Made by a program: the position numbers and the translations under genes. 64,000 nt of DNA from NCBI GenBank assembly GCA_000091205.1, contig AP006502.2. The stretch is one strand, 5' to 3'. The DNA is from Cyanidioschyzon merolae. Taxonomy: Eukaryota. Shown piece by piece: positions 22,147 through 32,943 of this stretch. The notes below the pieces were generated by a model. That model made no database searches. It worked only from the letters and a program-made list of their open reading frames with translations, and was not told the origin of the DNA. How positions within the stretch are numbered: position 1 is the stretch's first letter; each line of letters opens with the position of its first letter.

Positions 22147-23769
22147 TTAAGACGGAGAACGCTCCCAGCTCTGGCTGGGTATTCGGTCCGAACGCAGATA
22201 GAAGACGCTCGTCACGTACCGCTCGTGATACCTTCGCGTGAGGACGTACTTGTGCACATGGCGCACATTTGCGGATACCCCGCTGGGAACTATGTACAAA
22301 TGGTTCAGGGTCACTGTAACAGGTCTTGGAGGGAACAAATCAACCTCGCCCCGCTCTCGTCGCAACTGTTCTTCTATGAATTCGTTTGGAGTCATCTCAA
22401 TTGGCAAGCGAGGAGCCGTTTCCTCGCCAAGCAGGACAGGCAGCGGCGGTGGCTCACGATGAAAGCCCGACTCGATACCTGGAATTGCGTTATCATAGCT
22501 GCCAACAGGGCTCTGTTCCCGCCGGAAGACCTCGCTCGCGCGCTTCGTTCCAGGCAAGAAATCATCCTGTACCAGAAACTCGCCAAAGAAAGGTTCCACC
22601 CGAATGAAGTTGTTCACATTACCGTGGGCATCCCGAGCGACCATTTGCTCGGGCGCATACCGCCACTCGCCGTCTACAACATACTTGTACTGATAGTCAC
22701 CAGGTTCTAGATTAAGGAGAATGTAAAAGGCGTTCCCGCTCCGATGCAGTGGATGACGCCGCTTCCACCCGTCAAAGGAGCCCGCGACTTCCACACCCGC
22801 AACGGCGCCGTGGTGCCAGTTGAATGCCACTGGAACCAGGTTCCGCTGCGGGACTTCTAGGAGCTCCATTTCAGCCAGCTTGGTTTCGGTATCCTCGAGC
22901 TGTGGTGTGTGCACGACGCCGTGGTCCACAGAGCGCCTTGGTGGCACCTCGGCGCCTCCGTGCTCTCTCGAATCACTGCCTAACGCAGGAGGAAGTTGCA
23001 TGGCGCTCGGCAGAGGAGGCGGCCCCGAGGCAGACGCTTTCGCTTGGAGGGCGTTTTCACTCATTCCAGAGGTTTCTGGCACAGCCCAGCCCGGAGCGGC
23101 TCTTGGTACCCCACCACTAAAGTAGGACTCCATGCCCAGGCTTGCGGGACTGTGCGGGCTGAGCCTCGGGCTTATTGCCGCAGGCGCGGCGCCTACGGAG
23201 GCCGCAGCAGCGAGTGCCGCAGCACTCCGCTCCGACAGCGCTGCTGAGCCCCGTGTGAGGACTCGCGAGGCCGCGGCGGGTGCCCCTGGACCACCCTCTC
23301 GAGAGAACGAGTGTCCCATAACGCCAGCAACGGCAACTCCAACGTTGCCAAAACCGTTGTTGCTGCGGGACGCACCCGTGCCTCCAAGGAACAACGTTGT
23401 CAGTCGCGCGCGATTGGCGTCTTGGTAGGAACGTTCAAAGGAGTCGGATGCCGGCAGGTGATTCCCTTTTCGATGACAAAACGTTTCCATGAACCATGGA
23501 TCCCAGTTTGCGGAATGGGTATTCGTAATCGAAAAAAAAGGTTCATCATGCGGCAACAACCTGCATGTTCCATGAACCAGATATCCTCTCGGATACACTG
23601 GTCGTTTCGTGCGCTCTATCGTGTGCCAGTTGTCTGCCTGGCTGCACTCGCAATAGCAGTCATACCGCTGGAGCAGATGCAGCACGGAGACAGAACCGCT
23701 TTTCCATACCACTGAGGGCTTCGACTCGATGCTTGGTTCATCCGAGACCGGGTCGGAGTACATAATCAT
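22147..23769 (-). CDS. AMPK/SNF1 kinase beta subunit (CBM48 glycogen-binding domain plus ASC domain). The ORF is open from 23784 (TTG); the first ATG is at 23769.
   Basis: VPVAFNWHHGAVAGVEVAGSFDGWKRRHPLHRSGNAFYILLNLEPGDYQYKYVVDGEWRYAPEQ matches the AMPK-beta GBD. C-terminal ...TLNHLYIVPSGVSANVRHVHKYVLTRRYHERYVTSVFY matches the ASC domain. A long Ala/Pro-rich linker separates them. Confidence 0.8.
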   Translation of the reverse strand: MIMYSDPVSDEPSIESKPSVVWKSGSVSVLHLLQRYDCYCECSQADNWHTIERTKRPVYPRGYLVHGTCRLLPHDEPFFSITNTHSANWDPWFMETFCHRKGNHLPASDSFERSYQDANRARLTTLFLGGTGASRSNNGFGNVGVAVAGVMGHSFSREGGPGAPAAASRVLTRGSAALSERSAAALAAAASVGAAPAAISPRLSPHSPASLGMESYFSGGVPRAAPGWAVPETSGMSENALQAKASASGPPPLPSAMQLPPALGSDSREHGGAEVPPRRSVDHGVVHTPQLEDTETKLAEMELLEVPQRNLVPVAFNWHHGAVAGVEVAGSFDGWKRRHPLHRSGNAFYILLNLEPGDYQYKYVVDGEWRYAPEQMVARDAHGNVNNFIRVEPFFGEFLVQDDFLPGTKRASEVFRREQSPVGSYDNAIPGIESGFHREPPPLPVLLGEETAPRLPIEMTPNEFIEEQLRRERGEVDLFPPRPVTVTLNHLYIVPSGVSANVRHVHKYVLTRRYHERYVTSVFYLRSDRIPSQSWERSPS

Positions 23770-24310
23770 TCTGGGGGTCAGCAAGCTGCTCAGAGAGGCT
23801 TACTTTCTGCGACTGCGCGAATCGACATGCAAGGAGACCACTGCGACCAGGGCGATGCCCAGACCCAGCATACCCAATTCGTGTCCCAGAATAGATTGCG
23901 TTGCGGACGGCTGCCCTGATCTCACGAAAGGACCCACCACTGGGAGGCGCATGAAGCACGAGTCTGGCGGACTTGTCCGGCTCGCGGGACCTTCCGCCTA
24001 AAGGATGAATTTTCGACAATATGGAAACCGCTCTCCCCTTTTAACGTGTTTCGCAGAGAAGGAAAGAAATTTTTATCCAGTTGCAAGGTTAGAGGTTAGT
24101 CTCTGTCCATGTTTGTGTATAGCGCGGTTGATACGCGCACCTTGAGATCCAGCAGGCGTGAGATCCGACGTGCATCTCGCCCTTGAAGGGAAACGCGATC
24201 CTAATCAATAGCACGTTGGTATGACGTACAGGTTGTATTTGCATTGCATGTATCTCATTTTATAGTCTTTCAATTCAATGCTTTTTCAACCATCACGTTG
24301 GTATATTCAT

Positions 24311-26553
24311 GTGATTTCTCGCGGTTTCTAACTGAAGCGTTCAAAGTGCTCTCGTGCTAAAAAATAAAAAAAGAAATTCATGGAAATAGAAGTGGAGGAC
24401 CCTTGAGGCCTTATGTCGTCGGCTGCCGGAAAAAACGGAAAAGAGTCCCGAGCCACGTGGAGCATGGGAAGATGTAGAAGCAAAAGAATGAGGTCCGACG
24501 CCAAAGGCTGCGAGAAAGACGAAATTACGACGAGATGTCGGTGAAAGCCTGTCTCCCTAAACATATCAAGGATCCGTACAAGGAAAAGTTGCGAGAGGCC
24601 ATCAGAAACCGTGTCGCGTCGTACTTGACCAATGCTCGTCACGCATCTTTAGGATTGATGTATATGGCGAAGGAGATGTATCGCGACGTGATGGAAATCA
24701 AAATATTCGAGCTTCCGGACGAATGTTCCGACAAGACCTTTATTCGTCATCTGATGCTTGGCACAGAGGAAACGTCGAGAAGAAACGAGCGAGTGCATGC
24801 CCTCCACGAAAAATATCCCTTCTACATCTTCCACGGTACTCGATACAGGATAAGAGTGATATTTACGAAATCGGGGCGAAGAAATACCTCACGAACCTGA
24901 AGAACCATTTGACAATGAACCTCGAACGTTTCATGATACGTGCCGTGCTTGCATTCTACCCGGGCATGTCTCGGCAATGAATATGAGCGATTATCAATGG
25001 CATAACGAACAATCGCAAGCATGAACAGGAGATCGAATTCGTCGACAAGAAGACACCATGCAGGAAAAGGTGTAAAACTTCTGTAATCCGTGCGGCGATT
25101 CAAGAGCGCCGTCCGGTACTGGGGCTGCTCAACCCATCAGAAAAAGTAGCAGATATGGGAAAAACATTATTCTCTCATCCTGCGCTATTTCGTGTTTTTG
25201 GACCGAGAACTCGAACGCAAGGCCGAGATGAAGCTCCGTGTGGGAAAAAACGAAGAGTCGGAGAAACGGAAGGCTGCGCTTCTGAGGAAGCGCTCCAACG
25301 CCGTTGCGCAATGCGGCGTCAAGTCACACATTTTGACAATCGACTCCAGAGCCCTTTTCCGCATCACGAAGGAGATAAGTCCGGAGTTCGATATAAGCAG
25401 GGACGAATTTATGGATGAAAACCGAGTAACTCGTTGGAAGAATATCTTCGATTTCAAACTCCTCAGAACGAGCGCGCAAAAAGTATTCACGGGAACGATC
25501 GAAAGCGATGGGGTATCCACGTGTGTTCACTACGGGCACCTGAAAGTGTATGATCCTTTTCCATCTTCCATATGACCCTCGGCGAAGCATGAAGAGAAGA
25601 AGGAGGCAGATCTTGCGAGGCAGAAAGTGCAGAAGAACGACTTTGTGGTTGACGCGGACCCCGGAAACACGAACATCATAACCATCGCAGTACCCAAGCG
25701 TGCGGAAGATGACATTCACGGTAGCTTACGTCGGAAAAACATGCGTCTTTTGAGGTTCTCGACAGCAAGATACTATCGAGAATCCGGTATGATGAATGCG
25801 AGGAAGAAAATCGAGACATGGAATGCAGGAGTGAAGGATCACCTGGAAGCTATGCGCAAGGTGACGAGCTGCGGAGCAGACTTTCGAGCTTTTCGGGAGT
25901 TCATGGAAACTCGTGCTGCCCATAACGAGAAGCTTTCGAACGAATATGCCAGGCCCCGGTGGGCTCGTCTGCGAATGAACCTGCTCTGTGGGAAGCAGCG
26001 TGCATTCGCCAAATTCTTGAATCAGTTGAGCCCCCTCAAAGAAAACAAGATCCAAAGGCTCGTAAAGGCATATAGAGCACGACGCGAGGCGTCAGGAGAA
26101 GGCAGCACACCAGCGCCATCGACGAGAACGTACAAGGAATGCGCACACCGTTTTGTCACAATACCGATAGACGAGTTCCGAGCGTCATACGTCCACCATG
26201 ATCTGGGGTGCACAATCCAGAGAGTCGAGATGGAAAGGTGCCAGCGAATTCGTGAGGATATCAAAAACTTCGGAGCGCTGACGGAACAACAAATGGAAAG
26301 GAGGGCACAAGTTCGGGGATTTCTTGCAGTGGTGAGTTCCATCTCGGGCAAAAAACGCATGGAGTTCGTGCACCAAAACATAAACGCCGCTTTCAATATC
26401 AGGAGATGTGCAGTGATGGAGAAGAGATCTCCGCATCTGGCGCGAGCCAACTTTATGGGGCAGCCTCTCAGGGTTAAAGTGTACGAGGAGAAGTTGAAGC
26501 CAGTAACAGGCGGCCGGTCCAAAAAGCCTGGGAGGCGTCTCCACGTCAGTGTA
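24311..26553 (+). mobile_element. TnpB/Fanzor-like transposon-associated element, copy 2. Both ends are inferred from where homology to copy 1 stops.
   Basis: Collinear with 1..2352. The conserved upstream block ...gaagcgttcaaag... begins near 24311. The conserved 3' block ...GGCGGCCGGTCCAAAAAGCCTGGGAGGCGTCTCCACGTCAGT ends at ~26553. Confidence 0.65.
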
Positions 26554-26556
26554 TAG
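24535..26556 (+). pseudogene. Fanzor/TnpB-like nuclease gene, copy 2. The N-terminal region is disrupted by a 1-nt deletion at ~24890 and two in-frame TGA codons at ~24972-24980. The downstream half is intact.
   Basis: ORF1 homolog is split across frames (24535..24900 and 24723..24980). The middle region 25192..25575 and the RuvC region 25627..26556 are open. Putative introns at 25116..25149 and 25546..25587. Confidence 0.6.
25627..26556 (+). CDS. Longest intact ORF of the Fanzor/TnpB-like gene: the RuvC nuclease half (309 aa; open in frame from ~25588).
   Basis: RuvC-I-like FVVDADPGNTNIITIAV, a Cys/His cluster (KECAHRF...HHDLGCTIQRVEMERCQR), and a C-terminal MEFVHQNINAAFNIRR motif. This last motif has N where copy 1 has the Asp of R-D-L-NAA. 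C-terminal tail GGRSKKPGRRLHVSV. Confidence 0.65.
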   Translation: MQKNDFVVDADPGNTNIITIAVPKRAEDDIHGSLRRKNMRLLRFSTARYYRESGMMNARKKIETWNAGVKDHLEAMRKVTSCGADFRAFREFMETRAAHNEKLSNEYARPRWARLRMNLLCGKQRAFAKFLNQLSPLKENKIQRLVKAYRARREASGEGSTPAPSTRTYKECAHRFVTIPIDEFRASYVHHDLGCTIQRVEMERCQRIREDIKNFGALTEQQMERRAQVRGFLAVVSSISGKKRMEFVHQNINAAFNIRRCAVMEKRSPHLARANFMGQPLRVKVYEEKLKPVTGGRSKKPGRRLHVSV

Positions 26557-27383
26557 ACATGTACGCTATCGACATGATGTATGTACGCATGTATGCCCGA
26601 TATGCCGGCGGCTTACGACTCATGCAGCGTAGTGTGCGTTGCAGGGACAGAAAAAGCGACGATGGATGAGATCTGACCAAAAGAGAGATATAATCCTTTG
26701 GACGAAAAGCGTCTTGCACGGCGGTGTGCCTAAGACATCGAATCCACTCCAGCAAGGGCTATCACGAGCAGGGATAAATACGGCTTTGCTTTGCGCGTGT
26801 CGCATCTATCGCGCTGACGCTCGTGTGGTCATGACGGTCACTGCTTGCATGCGATGTCGGCTTCTGACTCGATATGTTTACGGACGGGAGCGTGGTATCG
26901 TGCGTAAACGGCACGAGAACCCCGCGCAGCTGATATAGACGGCTGCAGCGCTGGCGAGATATGCGCACGCATGCCGTCGATGCGTGTCACCGGTCGCATT
27001 CACCGGCGATCGACGACCTACACTCTCAGTGGCGTTGCGCCAGTGCGCCGTCGGTGCAAAGCACGGCCGACGCACGTCTGCGCAGGGTATGCGCTGTCCG
27101 CATGCACACGCAAGCGAAGTGATACGCTTCGGGAGACCCCAGCTGCCCAGGATGCATCCCGTGGAATGTCCAGGAATACGCAGCAAATCGGAACGAATGC
27201 CTCCATTTGACATGGAACGACAAACGTTTGTTTGCCTTTTGGGAGACAAGAAACGCCCAGCATCCTCATCGCAAAGATGCAGTCAGGAAACTGTTTTCTG
27301 GGCGGAAACTGGCTCTGCGTACCAAGGCTGCACATGGGAACACACTGCGTTGAGTTCCGCAACAAGATGCTGGCTGGTGGCGG

Positions 27384-28214
27384 TCATGAGGCCTTTGCGA
27401 GTCGCTTCGCGCGAGACAGCATGCGTTTCTGCTGCCGCGCAGCGCGTCGAGCCTTCAGTGATGCTGCGCGTTCGCGCTGGCGGGCCTCCTTTGCAGCAGA
27501 CTGCGCCTGCAAGCGCGCTTGCCATGCGCGCGCGCGTTTCACTCGTTCTTTCTGTTGCCGCTTCAGCGCGCGTTTCAAGAGCCTAGGATCATCCTTCACT
27601 TTGCAACCCGCTGCGCGCTTGATTGCCTTCTCCAACTGATGCGCCACACGAGCTTCCTGTGTCTCGGTTGCCAACTGCTTCTGCTCGCTGACTGCTTGCT
27701 TGACTTGGGCCAGAGTCACTTTTCTCGAATGACCCCTAGGCCCTTCTTCGTCCATCGTCCGCGAGAAGCTAATGCGTTTCTCTTGTGCATCACTGGTGTT
27801 AGCACTGGTTTGTGCACGAGGCTCAGCGTCAGATAACGCAGTTTGCGCGCCTCGAGGCATAGTTCTTGAGTTTGGTGGCATGCAGTCCGCTGAAGGCTGC
27901 TCGATACCGGCATTGGCGCTGTTTCTCTCAGCCCTGTTTACGCTCATCGCAAGTTCCGATGGGGAAAGCTTGATCGAACGCCTCCTTTCTTCACCAGATA
28001 CTCTAGTCTCCCCGTGACTACCACGCAGCTGGGCATTTCTTCGCTGTGCTGCTGGATCCTTGCGAGAGCTCGTTCCGACGGCGAGCGCGTCACGTCCGTC
28101 AACGTCGTGTCCGTAGCGTGTCCTCGCTGGGATTGTGCTGGCAACTTCCTTCCAGATCCACTCGTCTAGTTTGAGCACGTCAGCCCCATCAAGAGGGCTG
28201 GCGCTTGCTGCCAT
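27384..28214 (-). CDS. SURF6/Rrp14-like nucleolar protein (Lys/Arg-rich). The ORF is open from 28232 (GTG); the first ATG is at 28214.
   Basis: The C-terminus DDPRLLKRALKRQQKERVKRARAWQARLQ...RQQKRMLSRAKR resembles the SURF6 C-terminal domain (DDPKLLKKALKRKEK...W..R...KQ.KR). Confidence 0.5.
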   Translation of the reverse strand: MAASASPLDGADVLKLDEWIWKEVASTIPARTRYGHDVDGRDALAVGTSSRKDPAAQRRNAQLRGSHGETRVSGEERRRSIKLSPSELAMSVNRAERNSANAGIEQPSADCMPPNSRTMPRGAQTALSDAEPRAQTSANTSDAQEKRISFSRTMDEEGPRGHSRKVTLAQVKQAVSEQKQLATETQEARVAHQLEKAIKRAAGCKVKDDPRLLKRALKRQQKERVKRARAWQARLQAQSAAKEARQRERAASLKARRAARQQKRMLSRAKRLAKAS

Positions 28215-30039
28215 GCTGGGAACGACTGACACTTATGGCGCCTCCACAGAACACTAAACCAGTTTTTGCTAAACGCTGTGAGAAATCCGTATCGCCTTCG
28301 TCTCCGAGCTTCCACGGCTCGAAACTTCGTCAGCGCTGTAAGTTACGTCCACTTCGTGCGGCCCTCTTCGCGAGTGCTTGTGCGTCTCACGCACAAGAAA
28401 GAGGTGTACGGAAGCAGATGCGTATATCCGACAAGACTCTTTCAGAAGAGAGTTGTTCAGGAGCTGATAAACTAAGCTTCAAAGCTTTGCTGCTGCTTCC
28501 TTTCCAGTACACGCCACGAAAGAAGTGTCTCAGAGGAGTCTGTCGAAAGATGGCAGGACTCGTACCGACTGGCGTGGTGGAGCGGGATCCCGGGGCACGG
28601 CCCCCAGCGAGTCGGTATTGCGCGATCCGGCAACACAGGCGGACGCACAACAGACGCGCTTCACACATGTACATGACTGGAAGGGTGTTCAGGGAACCCG
28701 TCGATGATCACGCGACTGAGATCAATGGCTCAGAAGACAACAACCGAGGCGTTCTATACAAACATCCAGATGAACTCAGAGGTGCACTCACTGGTTGGGA
28801 CAGGCTGAACCTGCATTCGCTATACTAGGGGATTACCAAGCCCGCAGCGGGGTCCGCTAGACCGCCTCGACAGCTACCTGGGTTTATGCGCTCTAGTCAC
28901 GACACTTTGATCGAGACCTTTTCGAGCAGAGCGCATCTCGGATGCGGTTCAAATGATTCACCGATACCCGACTCGTCAACGCATTTCAGAGTCTGCAGGG
29001 ACGGCACGGCACCCGTACGGTCGCATCGCCTTGAGTGAGCTCGAATGCAGATCAGTATGGCTATCGGGACAGGAGCGAGCGATTTGCTTCGCCATTCGCT
29101 TGGTAAGCGGCATCGCCGATCAGAACGCGATATGCATATCGAGTTCTCGCATCATCGAATCAAGATGCTCGCTATGATTTCGTCGGGGAATATGGCGATT
29201 TGCGGCAGGTGCCACCAGCGTCGTGTTGGAAAAAGATGAACGAGTACGTATCCATTTGTTCGATGTGAGGCACCTTGTGTTCTAGATCACTCGTCCACAC
29301 TTATTCTGAGGTTATTTTGAATCCAAAAACGAGTTGCAAGCGATGTCATTCGGCGCGGTTGCATCTACTAGACCATCCATAAATCTTTGTGGGTATTGCA
29401 TTTCCGGGGTGTCCGCCGCAGACGCAAGTACGCCGCTTTGATTCGTCCGCTCGAACACGGTGATCCATCGATCTGTGAGCTAGACACCACAAGTCGATTG
29501 ACATATGACTCCAGACGGTACGTGGTTAGGATGGAACGCTGGGCTATTCGCTCTGTTCCTGGCTCGTGATTTTTTCCGTATTTGTCTGATGCACAGCCTT
29601 GGAATGCGAGATACAGCAATAAAAACTTTCGGACGCTCATGCAATCCATGGATGCTCAGCTGTCTTTTCGGCATGACTCCGCCAATTCTTTACCACTAGA
29701 TTTCGATACAGTACCGGAATCATGATGATGCGCAATGCCCTGCAACCAAGATTTGTAAAATGAGCCATATCATTATCCAGTGCTTACGTAAGAGTCTCCA
29801 AACTTCTCCATGCCTAATAGGTCGCTCGCTAAAATCACGCATTCTTCAAGTTTTCGATCTTTCTCTTTCAAGGCAACTCGCGGGAGCAGCTAGGCTCGCC
29901 ACTGGATTGAGGAGAAAAAACTCAACTCTATCTTTTGGCGACTGCTTGACGCGCTCAAGTTGCGTGCAAACTGTACTTGTCCGACAGAGTAATCGATTCT
30001 GTTCGAAAGATAAATCCTCCACGCTTCGTGGCCATCGAC

Positions 30040-30350
30040 GAAACGGGATGCCTTACCAGAATGATACCTCTCAGGTGATATTCGCCCACAGGCTCCGGTC
30101 TCTTCTGTTTGTAATGAAAAGGGTATTGGACTGGGACTTCAGTCATCGCAGTGATCGTCTCGAGAGGAGCGTGCGTCCCCGTTTCGCGTGACAACAACAG
30201 AGACGGATCATAAATTTCTTGACTTGTTCTCCAGTCTGGAGTTGCTTTCCGGCACTTGCTTCATCATGGACCACACCGTGTCCTATACATCCTCGATCAA
30301 ACGGAACAGGGTGCTTCTGCGGGTGAAGTGAGCAGAGTACTAGCAAGGAA
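30040..30350 (-). repeat. Dispersed repeat family R copy.
   Basis: Aligns to 11990..12350 (tgtttgtaatgaaaagggtattggactgggacttcagtcatcgcagtgatcg... and ...ttgttctccagtctggagttgctttccggcacttgcttcatcatggacc...). Minus-strand ORFs encode THAPLETITAMTEV and a GKQLQ segment. Confidence 0.55.
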
Positions 30351-31189
30351 CATCACCCAGAAGAAGCTCTTGATCGAATGTAACTGGCCAGGTGCCGAAA
30401 AAAAAAGCAGAATATCGAGGGCGGCTTAGTGTAACGGCCGAGAGCATTCGCTAAGCGAAGAGGCAAGCGGTCACGTGCCACAGGATAGCCCTCAAAGAAG
30501 GAGCCATTAAGGGCATATGCGAACACCTGATCACATCCAACTGGCACCTCTACCGAGAGCTTACCCAGATTGAACATTAGAAGAAGAATCACATTGTCGG
30601 TGAAGTGTAGATCGCCACTACCGCCAGTACATGAAATGCGACAACAACAGTCCGAAGCAGCAAAACCAGGATCTGAACACTGGAAACAACATTCTTCCAT
30701 AGCGGATAGCCGAACTGGAGGAACAGGAGCGATCGGTGAACGCTACGTAGCAGATACGAGAGAGGAAACTGAAGCCGTCGCAGAACAAGCCCGCATATGC
30801 TCGTCTTGATGGTCGCTGGATGCTACATAAACTATAGAGTACAAGACCGTGTCAGAGGTCCCGTTTCATTTTTTGTTCTGACAGGAGTGGAACCCGCTCT
30901 TGAGGGATGCCCCGGTTCCCAGTTACCGCGTTGCCGTGCTTTCCGCCTCGATGGAGTGCCCCGCGGGTTGCCGTCCGGCCGCCGTACGTGTTCGTGCGCA
31001 CGCAAATGGCCCCCGCCAGGATCGTCGCGCGATGCGCATGCATCGACGCGTGCGTGCATCTCGGCCTCGGGACGCATCCCGAGTGCTACCAGAGATTCCA
31101 TTTCCATTGAGCATTTTGTTGCATACGCTGACACAACACGAACGTGTATCTGTTGGGTGTAATACTGAACAGCTATTTCGCTTTGAAAC

Positions 31190-32392
31190 ATGCCGTGCAG
31201 CTGTGCGTCTGGTTGCCAAAAGTCAAAGAATGGTGGCTCTACTCCGTCCATTCGGGACCACGTGGCGGACTACTACGGCAAAACGCTTCAGTCAAGCGCC
31301 GACCTAAAGACGAGCGCTTGCAAGCTTGCCGCGGCTGTCCCGGAGAGCCATCGCAAAATCCTGGCGGATATCGCTGACGAGGTCCTGGAAAAGTTCTACG
31401 GTTGCGGGTCTACGCTCCCCGCTGATGGATCTCTCGAGGGCGCAACAGTCCTAGATCTGGGCTGCGGCACAGGTCGCGACGTGTACCTCGCTTCAAAGCT
31501 GGTTGGCGAGCATGGTAAAGTCATTGGGGTGGACATGCTCGATAATCAGCTTGAAGTCGCCCGGAAATATGTAGAATATCATGCAGAAAAGTTTTTCGGT
31601 AGTCCGAGTCGGTCGAATGTGCGCTTTCTCAAGGGTTTCATCGAGAACCTAGCCACTGCGGAACCGGAAGGTGTTCCGGACTCCTCGGTAGATATCGTGA
31701 TAAGCAACTGTGTTTGTAACCTATCGACGAATAAGCTGGCGTTATTCAAGGAGATCCACCGTGTCCTTCGCGACGGAGGTGAGTTGTACTTTTCCGATGT
31801 CTATGCGGATCGCAGGCTGAGCGAAGCTGCCCAACAGGATCCGATCTTGTACGGAGAGTGCCTTGGCGGTGCGCTCTACTTGGAAGACTTCCGTCGCCTC
31901 GTGGCTGAGGCAGGGTTCCGCGACGTGCGTTTAGTTTCGGTTGGTCCCGTCGATGTAAGTGATCCGCAGCTACGGAAGCTCGTACCGGACGTGCAATTCT
32001 ATTCGTGCACGTTTCGATGTTTCAAGGTCGCGACACTGGAGGCAACCCGAGAAGACTACGGCCAGTCAGCCACATACTTGGGCGGGATTGGAGAAGAATT
32101 CAAGCTCGATCGCTTTTTCACGTTCCCCAAAGAGAAACCTGTGCGTGTGGACCGCAACACCGCTGAGATCATCCGCCACAGTCGCCTTCATCAGTGGTTC
32201 TCTGTGAGCGCAGAGCAACAGCACATGGGATTGTTCAAAGCAAACGATTCTTACGCGTTGTTGCACGCACCACTGAGTATGCAGGTTGAGCAGCTTGTCT
32301 GTGAAGTGAAGAAAGGATCCACCGATACCTGCTCGGAACAAGCCTCTGCAAATGGTGCCTCTTGCTGTGCGACAGGGCGACGATGCTGCTGA
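31190..32392 (+). CDS. AS3MT: Arsenite S-adenosylmethionine methyltransferase (AS3MT/ArsM family).
   Basis: ATG start. [30 protein letters not shown]...[12 protein letters not shown]...[10 protein letters not shown]...[10 protein letters not shown] is near-collinear with AS3MT motifs, including the conserved Cys residues and a Cys-rich C-terminus. Confidence 0.85.
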   Translation: MPCSCASGCQKSKNGGSTPSIRDHVADYYGKTLQSSADLKTSACKLAAAVPESHRKILADIADEVLEKFYGCGSTLPADGSLEGATVLDLGCGTGRDVYLASKLVGEHGKVIGVDMLDNQLEVARKYVEYHAEKFFGSPSRSNVRFLKGFIENLATAEPEGVPDSSVDIVISNCVCNLSTNKLALFKEIHRVLRDGGELYFSDVYADRRLSEAAQQDPILYGECLGGALYLEDFRRLVAEAGFRDVRLVSVGPVDVSDPQLRKLVPDVQFYSCTFRCFKVATLEATREDYGQSATYLGGIGEEFKLDRFFTFPKEKPVRVDRNTAEIIRHSRLHQWFSVSAEQQHMGLFKANDSYALLHAPLSMQVEQLVCEVKKGSTDTCSEQASANGASCCATGRRCC

Positions 32393-32943
32393 CCAGCGCA
32401 CAAACCGATCGCGATGTCACCGGGCAGGTAATGCCAAAACACCTCACATGTCGTAGTTTACGGAAAGGAAAATTCTCCAGCGATGCATCGAGATGAAGAC
32501 TCGGCATCGCAGCGGTAGCTCTGAAGCCAAACTTGTAAACGCTGACTTGCAGCACGCTGAACATATTGCAAATTTGGTGCCATGGACACCACCGTATGAA
32601 TACTTAAGGATGCGGTTTCGGCCCCACAGCGCACAAAGCTCACAAAGACGTCACCCCATATAACCACCAGCACAGATCGCAATCGATCCCGATCGCGTAT
32701 CGACTTGTGCGTTGAGGGAACACGAGCGAGCGCGTAGACGGTAGTGCACCCGCGGAAGCTGCGCGATTGGCCCCGCGCAGCTGGATCGCCAGCGGCGGCT
32801 GGCCGGCGCGCCGAGCCCTCCACTCCAGCGGCCTGCGAGATACTGGATGCTGCCGGAGCGACTACCCTGTCTGTAAAAGTGCGCTGCGTACCAGCGCTCG
32901 CAACAAAGCAAGCGTTTGTGCACAGTCTCGCACGAGGGTGCTC

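Noticed and set aside
21751-22710. 319-aa plus-strand ORF and other long antisense ORFs (e.g. 55199..55978, 26984..27586).
   Set aside because: They overlap well-supported genes on the opposite strand (AMPK beta, GapN, SURF6-like). Such shadow ORFs are typical of GC-rich coding DNA, and none has a recognisable domain.
24972-24980. TGA reassigned to a sense codon (tgg to tga within copy 2 ORF1).
   Set aside because: Several well-conserved host genes (GapN, AS3MT) end at TGA with plausible C-termini, so TGA is a stop here. The copy 2 TGAs are pseudogene lesions.
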